From: a virus
Lineage: Duplodnaviria > Caudoviricetes
Length of the DNA stretch: 64,000 nucleotides
Direction: 5' to 3' (one strand)
IMG/VR virus record: IMGVR_UViG_3300011871_000002
Coordinates: 1-64,000 of that record
Each line of letters begins with the position of its first letter. Position 1 is the first letter of the stretch. Shown here piece after piece: positions 48,054 to 57,788 of the stretch. The position numbers were made by a program, and so were the translations under genes. The notes beneath the pieces are model-generated. The model was not told where the DNA came from. It saw only the letters and a list, made by a program, of their open reading frames with translations, and ran no database searches.

Positions 48054-49172
48054 CCAAGAAGGGTGAACTTCATCGGTATTCAAAACGGGCACACGGTGGC
48101 TTGTAGCGGATACCGTCAAATGCCAGTGCGTACTGGTTACGAGCAAGTCATCGCGCACCGCACGGGTTCGCTCTTTGCCAGCACGGCCAAGAAAGATGGT
48201 CGGGTGGTGTCGGTATCCGAAGACGGTATCGTGGTGGAATACAGCGATGGCGAGACCAAAGGTTTCCCGCTCGGCCGCAAGTACGGTTCGGCAGCGGGCC
48301 TGACGATTCCACACACCCTCATTTCAGAAATGAAAGAGGGTCAGAAGTTCAAGGCCGGGGAAGTGATTTCCTATAACCCCGGTTTCTTTGAGCGCGATAT
48401 CCTCAATCCCACCAACGTGGTATGGAAGCAAGGCGCCCTGGTAAAGGTAGCCCTGATGGAACGCGCCGACACGCTGGAAGACTCTTCCGCCATCTCTCCA
48501 CGGGTGGGTGAGTTGCTGCGTACCAAGGTTACCAAGATTCGCATGGTCAAAATGAACTTTGACCAAAAGATCACCCTCAAGGTAAAAACCGGTCAAGCGG
48601 TGAAAAGCGAAGATATTTTATGTGTAATTGAAGACGCCGTCACTGCAAATCAAAACTTGTTTGACGAAACGTCGCTCGATACCTTGCGTGTGCTGAGTGC
48701 GCAAACACCCACCGCGAAAGCCAAGGGTGTGCTGGAACACATCGAGATGCGCTACCACGGTGACAAAGAAGACATGTCCGAATCACTGCGCCAGTTGGCC
48801 AACACCTGTGATAAGGAATTGGTCAGGCAGCAAAAGGCCGCCGGGAAGAAACCCTATACCGGCAAAGTCGACGACAGCTTCCGGGTCGAAGGTGACCCCT
48901 TGATGCTGGACACTCTGGTCATCACGTTCTATATCACGAGTGAGATTCCAGCAGGTGAAGGCGACAAAGGCGTGTTCGGGAATCAGCTGAAGACGGTGTT
49001 TGGTAAAGTCTTCACCGGTGAAGTCAAGAGCGAAAGCGGGGTCGAGATCGACGCCATCTTCGGTCAGAAAAGCGTGGATGACAGGATTGTGAACAGCCCT
49101 CCTGCCATGGGTACCACCAATACCCTGCTGAAGGTACTCGCCAAGCGAGTCGTGAAAGCCTATCGCAGTTAA
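48054..49172 (+). CDS. rpoB: virion RNA polymerase beta subunit, exon 2
   Basis: VRTGYE, EDS, GDK...NQLKTV (cf. RpoB GDK...HGNKGV). Confidence 0.9.
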   Translation, partial: PRRVNFIGIQNGHTVACSGYRQMPVRTGYEQVIAHRTGSLFASTAKKDGRVVSVSEDGIVVEYSDGETKGFPLGRKYGSAAGLTIPHTLISEMKEGQKFKAGEVISYNPGFFERDILNPTNVVWKQGALVKVALMERADTLEDSSAISPRVGELLRTKVTKIRMVKMNFDQKITLKVKTGQAVKSEDILCVIEDAVTANQNLFDETSLDTLRVLSAQTPTAKAKGVLEHIEMRYHGDKEDMSESLRQLANTCDKELVRQQKAAGKKPYTGKVDDSFRVEGDPLMLDTLVITFYITSEIPAGEGDKGVFGNQLKTVFGKVFTGEVKSESGVEIDAIFGQKSVDDRIVNSPPAMGTTNTLLKVLAKRVVKAYRS

Positions 49173-49173
49173 A

Positions 49174-49220
49174 GGACATACAGGTGAGGGCAACCCCCTC
49201 ACCTGTAGTCTTGTTTTATT
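49174..49220 (+). terminator. terminator
   Basis: TACAGGTGAGGG/CCCTCACCTGTA hairpin plus T-rich tail. Confidence 0.75.
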
Positions 49221-49257
49221 TCGTCTCTTCCGCAGAACTTTTTTTAAGGAATTTTCC

Positions 49258-49458
49258 ATGAAGCATCCAGAAAGCGTGACGAGTACCTTGACCCTGGCCA
49301 ATGCCGGGGAATTGGTGAATAACATCGCCCGCGGTGTTCTCGGCAACGATGTCGCCGACACTTTCCAAGGCAGCGTGATCTCGCGTGGCCTCATCTACAA
49401 CCTGGTGCAAACCCACGCGCAAGAGCGCCTGAGCGCCCACCTCCAAGCGGGAGCCTAA
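49258..49458 (+). CDS. small hypothetical protein
   Basis: AAGGA RBS; strong codon bias; 3 nt from the next gene. Confidence 0.75.
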   Translation: MKHPESVTSTLTLANAGELVNNIARGVLGNDVADTFQGSVISRGLIYNLVQTHAQERLSAHLQAGA

Positions 49459-49461
49459 GCC

Positions 49462-50895
49462 ATGCTGACACGTGATGCAATCGAAGCTACCCTGCCGCTG
49501 GTCGACATGCTCGACGCGCGCGGCCTGGTGCTGCGCCCGGTACCGGGTTCGCATCTGGAAGCCCTGAACCGCGCCACGCGCGCGTCGTCGCGCTTCGTGG
49601 TCGAACTCGGCAATGGCGAAATCATGCCCGATGTGGGTAACATCGAGTACGTCGCCAACGCCAAAAACGAGCAAGGTTTCTCGGAGCACGACATCCTTTG
49701 CGATGAACTGTCCACGCTCTGCGCGGGCCACGTGCAAAACCACATTTCGTACGCCCGCACGGTGGTGGCGCCCTCGATCATGGACATGGTCGAGAAAGTC
49801 AAGACTGCCCAGTCGATCAGCCCGAGCATTTCCTCGATCCTGGGGCTGGAAGTGGTGGTGTGGGAAACCCCGGTACCGATGACCAACGTGGCGGTGCAAG
49901 AAATGGTGCGCGAATACGAAGGCGTGAGCTTCCGCGACCCAGCATTCCTGTTCCGCATGGAAGCGAAGTCCTATCCGGAACTGGTGACCCTGATGGAAAC
50001 CGGCAGGTCGTCGATCGACTCGGATATCCGTGCCTGGGCTGCTGCCAAGGGCGAAAGCTTCTTCCTCGAAGTGTGGGCGCAAGTATTCCAGGGCGTCGTC
50101 GCTGACGGCCAAAGTGCCCGCAGCTTCTACCAGATGACAAGCAACGACGACAACGGCGCTGACACTGCGCTGGCCGTGTTCCTGATGGCAAGGCGTCTGG
50201 TCGACGAGGTACCAGAAGGCACTGGTATGGGCCTTAATGCCTATACCGACGCCATGGTCGACTTCCGCGACCAAGCTGGCCTGCGCCTGAGCGTCATGAT
50301 CAACGAACTCCAGCGCGATATCCAGGCCGGCCGCCTGGTGCGTAATGTCATCGGGACCAAGACCATCGTGACTGGTCCGGTGTACAAGAGCTGGATCGAA
50401 TCCGGCGGCAGCAACGAAATCCTGTTCGGCAACATGCTGTCGAACGCGCCGCTGTACAACCTGGCCCTGATCAACGAAAACGCCGCCTCCCTGCGTGCTT
50501 ACTGGCACCGCCACGAAACTGCGACCGTGGTGGCAGAATCGCGCCAGAAGTTCAACCGTGACATCGCGACGCTGCGCAAGGTGTTCATGGGCCAGCTGCA
50601 CGAGCTGACCGACCCGGAAGAGGCCAACCAAGCCAATCTGACGGTGGTACAGCGCCTGTTCGAAGAAGAACTGGGCCGTACCGAACCGGAAGACTTCAAG
50701 AACCTGTTCAGCCTGTGTGCGCGCCTGATCTGCCGTTCGCGCTTCTACCAGACCGACGCAGAATTCATCCTGGTCGGCGGTGAACGCATCAAGCAAGACT
50801 TCCCGAACATCGATCCGCGGGAAGCCTATGCCATGGTGACCATCGAGTACATCATTCGCTGGGTGCTGTCGCAAACCAAGGTCGGTCAGGCCTGA
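49462..50895 (+). CDS. conserved protein (phiKZ gp177-like by synteny)
   Basis: 477 aa between vRNAP beta and the protease. Confidence 0.7.
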   Translation: MLTRDAIEATLPLVDMLDARGLVLRPVPGSHLEALNRATRASSRFVVELGNGEIMPDVGNIEYVANAKNEQGFSEHDILCDELSTLCAGHVQNHISYARTVVAPSIMDMVEKVKTAQSISPSISSILGLEVVVWETPVPMTNVAVQEMVREYEGVSFRDPAFLFRMEAKSYPELVTLMETGRSSIDSDIRAWAAAKGESFFLEVWAQVFQGVVADGQSARSFYQMTSNDDNGADTALAVFLMARRLVDEVPEGTGMGLNAYTDAMVDFRDQAGLRLSVMINELQRDIQAGRLVRNVIGTKTIVTGPVYKSWIESGGSNEILFGNMLSNAPLYNLALINENAASLRAYWHRHETATVVAESRQKFNRDIATLRKVFMGQLHELTDPEEANQANLTVVQRLFEEELGRTEPEDFKNLFSLCARLICRSRFYQTDAEFILVGGERIKQDFPNIDPREAYAMVTIEYIIRWVLSQTKVGQA

Positions 50896-50897
50896 TC

Positions 50898-51623
50898 ATG
50901 GAAATCAGAAAACTCGTGCGCGATCCCGCACGGGTGAAGGCGTGTCTGCGGGAACTGCCCAACGAAAGTTTGGTGGCCACCCGCAAACTGAAGATGTACA
51001 TCCCGGCGCGCTTTGCCGAGCACAGCTTGGCGCAAATCGGGATTGAAACCTATGTAGTCGGAATCGTGATGTACGTGGTGGACGATAGCCATTACGCCAT
51101 CTCGATGATCAATGCGATGATGCGCATCACCCCTACCTCGACCTTGAAAGTGAAGGTTGGGGACGAAGAGTATTACGAGTTCTACTTTGAACCGGGTAGC
51201 ACCGTCATGCCTACCCTACACTTCGTGCGGACCGACACCTTGGTGTACAAAATCTTCAGCGAGCTGTTTTCCAAAGGTCGCGTGCCGGAGTACATCACGT
51301 ACGACGACATGTCGCGTATCTTTGAATCGGCACGTAAGCACGCCAACGCCAACGTGGGTGCGGAACACGAAGTTACGGAAATGATGGTCTCGCTCATTGC
51401 TCGCAATAGCAAGAAGCGGCAAGAATACTACCGCCAAACCATCAAGGCCGCGACTGACCTCATCACCAACCCGCCAATCTGGACGTCGCTCTATAGCGTC
51501 ACTGATGGCGCGACCAATACGCTCAATAAGCTGGCCGGGTCGTACTTCCACGAAGGCGTGGTCAGTGCACTCAATAGCCCAGCTGAACGCACTGAGCGGA
51601 TCGAAGAACTACTGAGGAGGTAG
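50898..51623 (+). CDS. conserved protein (phiKZ gp176-like by synteny)
   Basis: KGRVP and KLAGSYF motifs; position upstream of the protease. Confidence 0.7.
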   Translation: MEIRKLVRDPARVKACLRELPNESLVATRKLKMYIPARFAEHSLAQIGIETYVVGIVMYVVDDSHYAISMINAMMRITPTSTLKVKVGDEEYYEFYFEPGSTVMPTLHFVRTDTLVYKIFSELFSKGRVPEYITYDDMSRIFESARKHANANVGAEHEVTEMMVSLIARNSKKRQEYYRQTIKAATDLITNPPIWTSLYSVTDGATNTLNKLAGSYFHEGVVSALNSPAERTERIEELLRR

Positions 51624-51668
51624 TAAAACACACGTATAGTATGTCAAGTAAAATTTGAGGTATTATAC

Positions 51669-52559
51669 GTGAAACATTTTTCTGATTTAGAAAAAATCTT
51701 GCAGTTCAACAGTGATCGCTACTTGGGTAGCGATCACTGTGTTAGCATTAATAACAAAGATTACTCTTTTTTCAAATGTAATTTGGATATTTATCCAAAG
51801 AAGATTAAACACTTTCTTTACGATGTAAAGAAGAGACAGTTCGGAACTTATATTTTGCGCGAAATATTGACCGGATATGTCTACGTAGGAAGTAGTGAAG
51901 AGATTTATAAACGTATATCTAAGCACAAATATCTTATCGCAAGAAGAAAGCACGACAACTCTAAGTTTACTGAATTGTTGAAAACTACTAATATTCAGAA
52001 TTTTGAGATGATCGTCTTTTTCACAAATAACCGCGATGAGGCTTATCAGCTCGAACAGTATCTCATTGATCGGTATAAAAAGAGCCAACGGTTATTGAAC
52101 ATCGCTAATGACGTTCGTTACGCCATGCTAGGACATAAGCAGACCGAGGAGCACAAACAAAAAATAAGAAAAGCACTCCTTGGAAGAGTTCATAACGACA
52201 ACTCAAAACGCCTAATGTCCGAGCACAGAAAAAATAACCCTCTAGCTCAAGCACAGCAACGTGCTGCTTCTGAGTTAGTCAAAAAGAAGATTATACTCAA
52301 TGGAACGCTGTACCAATCAATAACCGAGGCAGCAAAACAAACAAGATTAGGTGAGTCCACGCTTCGAAGAGAAATAACGAAAAAAAAGAAAAAGTCACTT
52401 GATGGGGCATATGTCTTAAATTATTCAAAGCCGGCTAGGAAACGTATCATTGTCAATGGAGTCGAGTACGTTAATGTTTCCATAGCCGCTAAAGAACTTG
52501 GAATAAAAGATGGTGATGTCAGAAACGCCATTCGAACAGGCAGGGCATTTTATGTATAA
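51669..52559 (+). CDS. free-standing GIY-YIG homing endonuclease
   Basis: GTY-x9-YVGSS, R..H, E, LLN catalytic layout; NUMOD3-like HKQTEEHKQKI; AT-rich; GAGG RBS with GTG start. Confidence 0.88.
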   Translation: MKHFSDLEKILQFNSDRYLGSDHCVSINNKDYSFFKCNLDIYPKKIKHFLYDVKKRQFGTYILREILTGYVYVGSSEEIYKRISKHKYLIARRKHDNSKFTELLKTTNIQNFEMIVFFTNNRDEAYQLEQYLIDRYKKSQRLLNIANDVRYAMLGHKQTEEHKQKIRKALLGRVHNDNSKRLMSEHRKNNPLAQAQQRAASELVKKKIILNGTLYQSITEAAKQTRLGESTLRREITKKKKKSLDGAYVLNYSKPARKRIIVNGVEYVNVSIAAKELGIKDGDVRNAIRTGRAFYV

Positions 52560-52578
52560 TCAACTTTAAGGTACTGAC

Positions 52579-53370
52579 ATGAAAAATTCTGTACGTTTCG
52601 CCTGTACGTCGCTCAAGGGCACGAACAAGGTGGGCATCCTGCCGGTGGATGAGAACGGTTACCGCACCATGATTGTGGGTGCGCTCAACATGTTCAACTC
52701 GGCAGGTGAACTGTATGTGGCGCAAGAAGCCAAGGAACTGTTCGAAGGTTCCAGCGCGTTCATGCGCCGTGTAGCGCGGGGTGTGCTCAAAGCTGAGTAC
52801 GGTCACCCCAAGCTGCTGCCTGGCCAGTCGGAGCGCTCGTTTGCAGCGCGCGTGCTGAACATCGACGAAGACCGCGTCTGCGCCCACCACAAGGAATTGT
52901 GGCTGCAAGACATGACGGGACCTGACGGTCGTCCGGTTCTGGCGATCATGAGTAAAGTCGGTGTGAGTGGTCCTTTTGGCGCCACGCTGGAACGTTCCCT
53001 GAACAACAAGGATGAGAACGTCTGCTTCTCGATCCGGGCGTTCACGGACGACCGCATGATCGGCGGCATCAACCACCGCACCCTGCGCCAGATCATCACG
53101 TTTGACTACGTGAACGAACCGGGTATGTCGGTGGCAGAGAAGTTCAAGTCGCCAGCGCTGGAAGCGTTCGGCAAGACCATCATCGACCCGAGCCAGTTCA
53201 CGACCGACTACGAGCGCACCATCACGCGCAGCATGCTCGAAGCCGGTCTGGCGGAAGACACCAAAAATGGTGTGGCAACCGAATCGGTTCTCCTGACCGC
53301 GGCTGATCTGTACCGCACCATGGGTTGGGGTCCGGTGAAACAAGAAGCACCGATCTGGTCCAAATGGTGA
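52579..53370 (+). CDS. head maturation protease (phiKZ gp175-like)
   Basis: EYGHP, FSIR (catalytic Ser) and TFDYVNEPG motifs. Confidence 0.88.
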   Translation: MKNSVRFACTSLKGTNKVGILPVDENGYRTMIVGALNMFNSAGELYVAQEAKELFEGSSAFMRRVARGVLKAEYGHPKLLPGQSERSFAARVLNIDEDRVCAHHKELWLQDMTGPDGRPVLAIMSKVGVSGPFGATLERSLNNKDENVCFSIRAFTDDRMIGGINHRTLRQIITFDYVNEPGMSVAEKFKSPALEAFGKTIIDPSQFTTDYERTITRSMLEAGLAEDTKNGVATESVLLTAADLYRTMGWGPVKQEAPIWSKW

Positions 53371-53371
53371 T

Positions 53372-53410
53372 AGCGTAAAAGGGAGGCTTCGGCCTCCCTT
53401 TTTTATGCCG
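53372..53410 (+). terminator. intrinsic terminator
   Basis: AAAAGGGAGGC-TTCG-GCCTCCCTTTT-TTATGCCG. Confidence 0.88.
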
Positions 53411-53414
53411 GATC

Positions 53415-53438
53415 AAAAAAATCATAACCACATATCAC
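53415..53438 (+). promoter_or_regulatory. putative early promoter
   Basis: A-tract then CACATATC, immediately after a terminator, as at 919-940. Confidence 0.55.
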
Positions 53439-53525
53439 CGCATTGTCCTAAAGCGAATGAAGGATTTTTTTACCACGTTGCTACCGTGTTATGAGTTACA
53501 ACCTTTTCTGAGGAACCCTGAAAGA

Positions 53526-54095
53526 ATGATCAAGAATCCATTGAATGTCTTGGTGCTCGACGGCACCATGTACGACATCGCGAAAGTAAAGAACGCCACG
53601 GGTATCGTGGTGGAGATCGACCGCGCTGAACTCAATACCGACATCAACTGTTCGGAAATCGAGTTCGGTCTGCACGCGCTCGTTATCGAGCGCGCAGCGG
53701 AAGGCCAGGTCCAGAAGCTCGGCGAGAACGCCCAACTGTACGAACCCAGCAAGGACGATCACGTGGTGGCCATCAAGTACAAACGCAGCTTCCTGCTGCT
53801 GCTCGGCCACCAGCGGGTCGAAGGCGGCATCAGCGCCAAGGTGAAGGTGTTCCTCACCAGTACCGTGGCGCTCAAAAATGCCCGCGCCAAGATCGACACC
53901 ACTGCACCAGCCGCAGCAGCGAAACCGATCCCGGCACCAAGCCACCCGTCGGAATTTCGCAATGCACCGCGTATCGTGACCGCTAACAGCACCGCGCACG
54001 TCCGTATCGAGCCGCGCAAGGAACCCTGGGGCGGTGAAAAGAAAGTCAAGCACTACGGCGGCCGCCCTCGCAACGGCCTCGTCGGCAAATCGTAA
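53526..54095 (+). CDS. hypothetical protein
   Basis: GAGG upstream; codon bias begins at 53526. Confidence 0.75.
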   Translation: MIKNPLNVLVLDGTMYDIAKVKNATGIVVEIDRAELNTDINCSEIEFGLHALVIERAAEGQVQKLGENAQLYEPSKDDHVVAIKYKRSFLLLLGHQRVEGGISAKVKVFLTSTVALKNARAKIDTTAPAAAAKPIPAPSHPSEFRNAPRIVTANSTAHVRIEPRKEPWGGEKKVKHYGGRPRNGLVGKS

Positions 54096-54173
54096 TTCGT
54101 AGCACCTGTAGCACCCTCTTAGCAGTACCCATCGACCCGTAAGGGCATTAACCACCTGAAGAAGGAAAGAAAC

Positions 54174-54701
54174 ATGAACACCGAAACCAACGAAACCGCA
54201 GCAAGCGAAGTCGTCGTCAAAGAAGTCGTCGAAATGAAGATCACCGCACCGACCGACAAGCTCAACGCCGAGACCCGCCACATCGCCCAAGCCGCCAACA
54301 CCGCCATCACCGGCAAGATCGACAGCAACGGCGTCGGCAAGCTCGACAAGGACGTGTACCTGACCCAGATGCTGACCGACGGCCTGGACGAAGCCAGCGT
54401 GCGCCGCTTCACCGGCCACCACCGCAACGCCATGGCCGGCCTGGCCCTGGGCGTGGGCGAACCGGCCCTGCAATTCATGCAGGACAACCCGGACGTGAAC
54501 GTCGTGCGCGTGGACATCCCCACCGTCGACAAGGACTACTACTCGGTCAAGGTCACCAAGCAACGCGACGTCGCCGGCACCACCAGCTACGGCCTGGTGC
54601 AGGTCTCGCACGAGATGCACGGTGGCGGCAAGGAAGACCAGCTGGTCCAGGTCAAGTCGATCATCGGCAACAAGGCCCGCGAGATCTGGAGCAAGATGTA
54701 A
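54174..54701 (+). CDS. hypothetical protein, predicted highly expressed
   Basis: AAGGA RBS; very strong C/G third-position bias. Confidence 0.85.
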   Translation: MNTETNETAASEVVVKEVVEMKITAPTDKLNAETRHIAQAANTAITGKIDSNGVGKLDKDVYLTQMLTDGLDEASVRRFTGHHRNAMAGLALGVGEPALQFMQDNPDVNVVRVDIPTVDKDYYSVKVTKQRDVAGTTSYGLVQVSHEMHGGGKEDQLVQVKSIIGNKAREIWSKM

Positions 54702-54712
54702 TCCGACCTGGT

Positions 54713-54760
54713 CGGCATAAAGGAAAACCCTCATCCTTCGGGGTGAGGGTTTTTTGTCGG
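54713..54760 (+). terminator. intrinsic terminator
   Basis: CGGCATAAAGG-AAAACCCTCATCC-TTCG-GGGTGAGGGTTTT. Confidence 0.85.
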
Positions 54761-54793
54761 CTTATGTTTTTTCATTAAGAATAGGAAAGAATC

Positions 54794-55513
54794 ATGGACA
54801 AGAACGACGAACAACCACATGATGCACGCAAAGCCAGCGCAGGCGCTCAAAATACCGCCGCACCCGAAAAGAAAGAAGCAAGGTGGGAAATCCCATACCA
54901 AGCATGGCCAGTGACGAGCATGAATGTCGAGTTCGTGACCAATCTCGGCTTCAAGCACGCCGGCGTGGCGGTCGTGGTCAATAACGGCAATGAACGCCCT
55001 GGACCGCAATTCTCCTACGGCGGCCGCGCCATGGGAGAAGTGGTCCTCATGGCTGAAGATTCCGAACAGCCCGAATACTTCACCCGTCACCAAGTCGAGA
55101 AGTGGCGCGAAACGGAGCAGTTTCCGAAAAGGCGCCTCCTCGGCCGCTTCACCGAAGTTGAACGTCAGCACGCTGGCGTCCTCGGTCAGCTGTTTGCCAC
55201 GTACTTCGCCCTGCGCATGCGCGAAAAGCTGAAGGATACCGACGGCAGTCGGGGTGAAGTACGCGTGGGTGACTGCCTGCACTTCAAGGAAGTGGATGGT
55301 CGGGACATGTGGGAAACCGATGCCTACTTCTATGCTCTCGCCGGATCATTCCATGTGCGCTTCACCGAATTTACCAATTCGGAGGAAGTCACGATCGAGG
55401 TGCTGAGCGCCCCGGTTCATACGCTTCCTGCAATGACCTGGGCTGGATTCAAGCAGGTTGCGATCGTGTGCGAAAAACTGGCGCGTCTCGCGCTCGGTGA
55501 GCAGCAACAATAA
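54794..55513 (+). CDS. hypothetical protein
   Basis: AGGA RBS, 239 aa. Confidence 0.8.
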   Translation: MDKNDEQPHDARKASAGAQNTAAPEKKEARWEIPYQAWPVTSMNVEFVTNLGFKHAGVAVVVNNGNERPGPQFSYGGRAMGEVVLMAEDSEQPEYFTRHQVEKWRETEQFPKRRLLGRFTEVERQHAGVLGQLFATYFALRMREKLKDTDGSRGEVRVGDCLHFKEVDGRDMWETDAYFYALAGSFHVRFTEFTNSEEVTIEVLSAPVHTLPAMTWAGFKQVAIVCEKLARLALGEQQQ

Positions 55514-55564
55514 TCGATACCAAGAACGGGGCATCTTGCCCCCTTCTTTTTTTAGGAGAATACC

Positions 55565-56272
55565 GTGGCATTGGATGCAAACAAAAATATCGACGGCGAA
55601 TTCGTGGGTCGCTTCGATGCAGGTACCAAAATCGAAGTCGATGCCAATGCGCTGCTCGACCTGCTCAACGCCAACCTGTCCGGTCAAACGCACCGCGTGC
55701 TGGAACTGTTCGTGCTGCGCAACCACCACGATAGCGCCGTGCGCAAACTGCACGACGATGTGTTGAAACACACGGTGGCCAGTAACGGCATCACCTTGGA
55801 AGAACCACAAGATGGGGACGAGGTGACGCTTGAAGAATTGGTGTCGGCCACCAAAGAAAGGCAAGGGTCGGTACTCAACGACTTCGTCGGCGACATGATG
55901 GATATCGTCAGCGTTTATCCCAAGTCGCTTCCGATTCGAAACCTCGGCCAAGCGGAAGAAATCGATATCGCGGGCACCTATCCGACCGCATTCCCGAGTG
56001 GCTTCATGGAATGGGAAATCGTGAAGAGAAAAGACGGCAACCGGTTCTTCCTCGGTGGGGAGAAATTCGTGGAATTCGCCGTGCTGGTGAAAAGTCGACC
56101 GGAACACGGCCTGCTGTTCTTGGGCACCACGGATGACTTCTCGCTGACCTGGACAGCGCCCATCGAGCTGCTCGATGATGTGGAATCGACTGGTACCTAT
56201 CTTCACGAATCACTGAAGGGCCAGATGATCGCCGCATACGAAACACTGGTCGGGCGGCAAGATCTGCAATGA
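55565..56272 (+). CDS. hypothetical acidic protein
   Basis: AGGAG RBS with GTG start. Confidence 0.8.
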   Translation: MALDANKNIDGEFVGRFDAGTKIEVDANALLDLLNANLSGQTHRVLELFVLRNHHDSAVRKLHDDVLKHTVASNGITLEEPQDGDEVTLEELVSATKERQGSVLNDFVGDMMDIVSVYPKSLPIRNLGQAEEIDIAGTYPTAFPSGFMEWEIVKRKDGNRFFLGGEKFVEFAVLVKSRPEHGLLFLGTTDDFSLTWTAPIELLDDVESTGTYLHESLKGQMIAAYETLVGRQDLQ

Positions 56273-56670
56273 CTAGACGCATTCTCGTTTGGACCGCCCA
56301 AATTGCCAAGCACCGTCGTGCAAAAGCGCTGGGCGTGTTCTTTCTCGATTCGACCGCGATGAGCGGAAATAAGGCATTTGCGCCAGAGATGCGTAATGTC
56401 TTGCGGTATAAGAACAATGAGCTGGATGAAGAAGACTACACCAAGCTCTATGTGGCCAAGATGCGGCACTCAGTCATGACCAAAAATAGCGAGTGGGAAA
56501 AGCTTCTTGGTCATGACAAATTCATCATTGCCTGTTACTGCCGAGCTGGCAATTTCTGTCACCGGCACATCTTGCTCGACTTGTTCACGAAGTACGCAGC
56601 AACACAAGACACCGAAGTCATCAACATGGGTGAATTCTTGGAAGACGCTGATCTATCCAAGCAACCGTAA
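56269..56670 (+). CDS. DUF488-like protein
   Basis: FAP...Y...Y...IACYCRAGNFCHRH pattern. Confidence 0.6.
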   Translation: MTRRILVWTAQIAKHRRAKALGVFFLDSTAMSGNKAFAPEMRNVLRYKNNELDEEDYTKLYVAKMRHSVMTKNSEWEKLLGHDKFIIACYCRAGNFCHRHILLDLFTKYAATQDTEVINMGEFLEDADLSKQP

Positions 56671-56709
56671 CTAAATTTCGGATCATTTTTAACTACTTAG
56701 GAGCACACC

Positions 56710-56982
56710 ATGGCAAACTCGACTTTCTTCCTCGACAACCTCAACTTCATCATCGGCGGCATTCTCCTTACGCTCTGGATGCTGTTCGGCTGCATCATGT
56801 ACGAATCGCGTGAAGACGATGTGAAAGTCATCGTCGATGCGCGTCAAGCGCGCTTCAAAGAAGACAAGGCCTATCGCAAGGCACTCGTCCTCGACTGGCT
56901 GGCATTCGTGGTACTGGGACCGTTCGCCCGGATCGCAGTGCACTACAAAGCCAAGAAAGCCCGCACGTACCTCTCGGCATAA
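56710..56982 (+). CDS. small membrane protein
   Basis: AGGAG RBS; two hydrophobic segments. Confidence 0.75.
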   Translation: MANSTFFLDNLNFIIGGILLTLWMLFGCIMYESREDDVKVIVDARQARFKEDKAYRKALVLDWLAFVVLGPFARIAVHYKAKKARTYLSA

Positions 56983-56994
56983 AAGGAGAAAACA

Positions 56995-57237
56995 ATGAAT
57001 ACCCCTGACATCGTCATCGGCGCCATCATCTACTTGTTTATTGGCGTTTTCTGGTTGGTGAAGTTTGGCATCCATACCGTCGGCAGCATCATCATGATTG
57101 AGGTATCCGGTTACAAGCTCTACGGCGCGCTGATGCGCCTGCTGTGCTTGCTCCTTTGGCCGATCCACAGAATCGTCTCGACCCTGATGCTGCTGGCTTA
57201 CATGAAGTACAAGAAGATCCCTATCAAAAAAGAGTAG
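56995..57237 (+). CDS. small membrane protein
   Basis: AGGAG RBS; hydrophobic with basic C-terminus. Confidence 0.75.
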   Translation: MNTPDIVIGAIIYLFIGVFWLVKFGIHTVGSIIMIEVSGYKLYGALMRLLCLLLWPIHRIVSTLMLLAYMKYKKIPIKKE

Positions 57238-57272
57238 TAGGGAAAAGATCACTGTCAATAAGGAATCAAGAA

Positions 57273-57788
57273 ATGTACACAGTAGAAAAGTATCCTGCCG
57301 TAGTAGGGATGCAATCGCTCATCGGGGTTGGTGGTAAAGCACCCCACCGGTGGGGCAATTACTTTGCCCTTGCCGTGCCAGAAATCCGGGTGCTGAACTT
57401 CTGGGCTGAGAATCTCAAGGCGGCAGTAAAGCAGGGCATCCTGAGCGACGGGTACGTTCAGGTTCGTGTGTATACCTGGGAAAAAGAAGGCCAGACCTAT
57501 AAAGCCTGTATCGTCGATGATCCCCGTATTCCACAGGACTGGTACTACAACAAACTCTGCTATACAGGGTCCAGAAAGCCGCCGGTCGAAATCGCCAAGG
57601 AAATCTACGACTACCTTGGTGACCCCGATAACGAGCTGGAACAGTTCACCGATCCAGCAATGTACCACGCCAAGCGCGGCTGGGAGTATAACGAGCGGGG
57701 GTTTGTTTCGTACTGCTTGGGGTCAGATCGTAAGACAACAGAACAACTGGTGGAAGAACTGCTTAAGAAAAGAAAGGAAGTACAATGA
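57273..57788 (+). CDS. hypothetical protein
   Basis: AAGGA RBS before the ATG at 57273. Confidence 0.75.
   Translation: MYTVEKYPAVVGMQSLIGVGGKAPHRWGNYFALAVPEIRVLNFWAENLKAAVKQGILSDGYVQVRVYTWEKEGQTYKACIVDDPRIPQDWYYNKLCYTGSRKPPVEIAKEIYDYLGDPDNELEQFTDPAMYHAKRGWEYNERGFVSYCLGSDRKTTEQLVEELLKKRKEVQ

Noticed and set aside
49216-50874. 552-aa minus ORF; likewise 43600-45201, 53496-54734, 21120-22193 and 9748-11106
   Set aside because: Antisense to well-supported genes; expected from codon bias
51624-52578. Second group I intron around the GIY-YIG gene
   Set aside because: Flanks are too short, no P/Q/R/S elements, and both neighbours are intact
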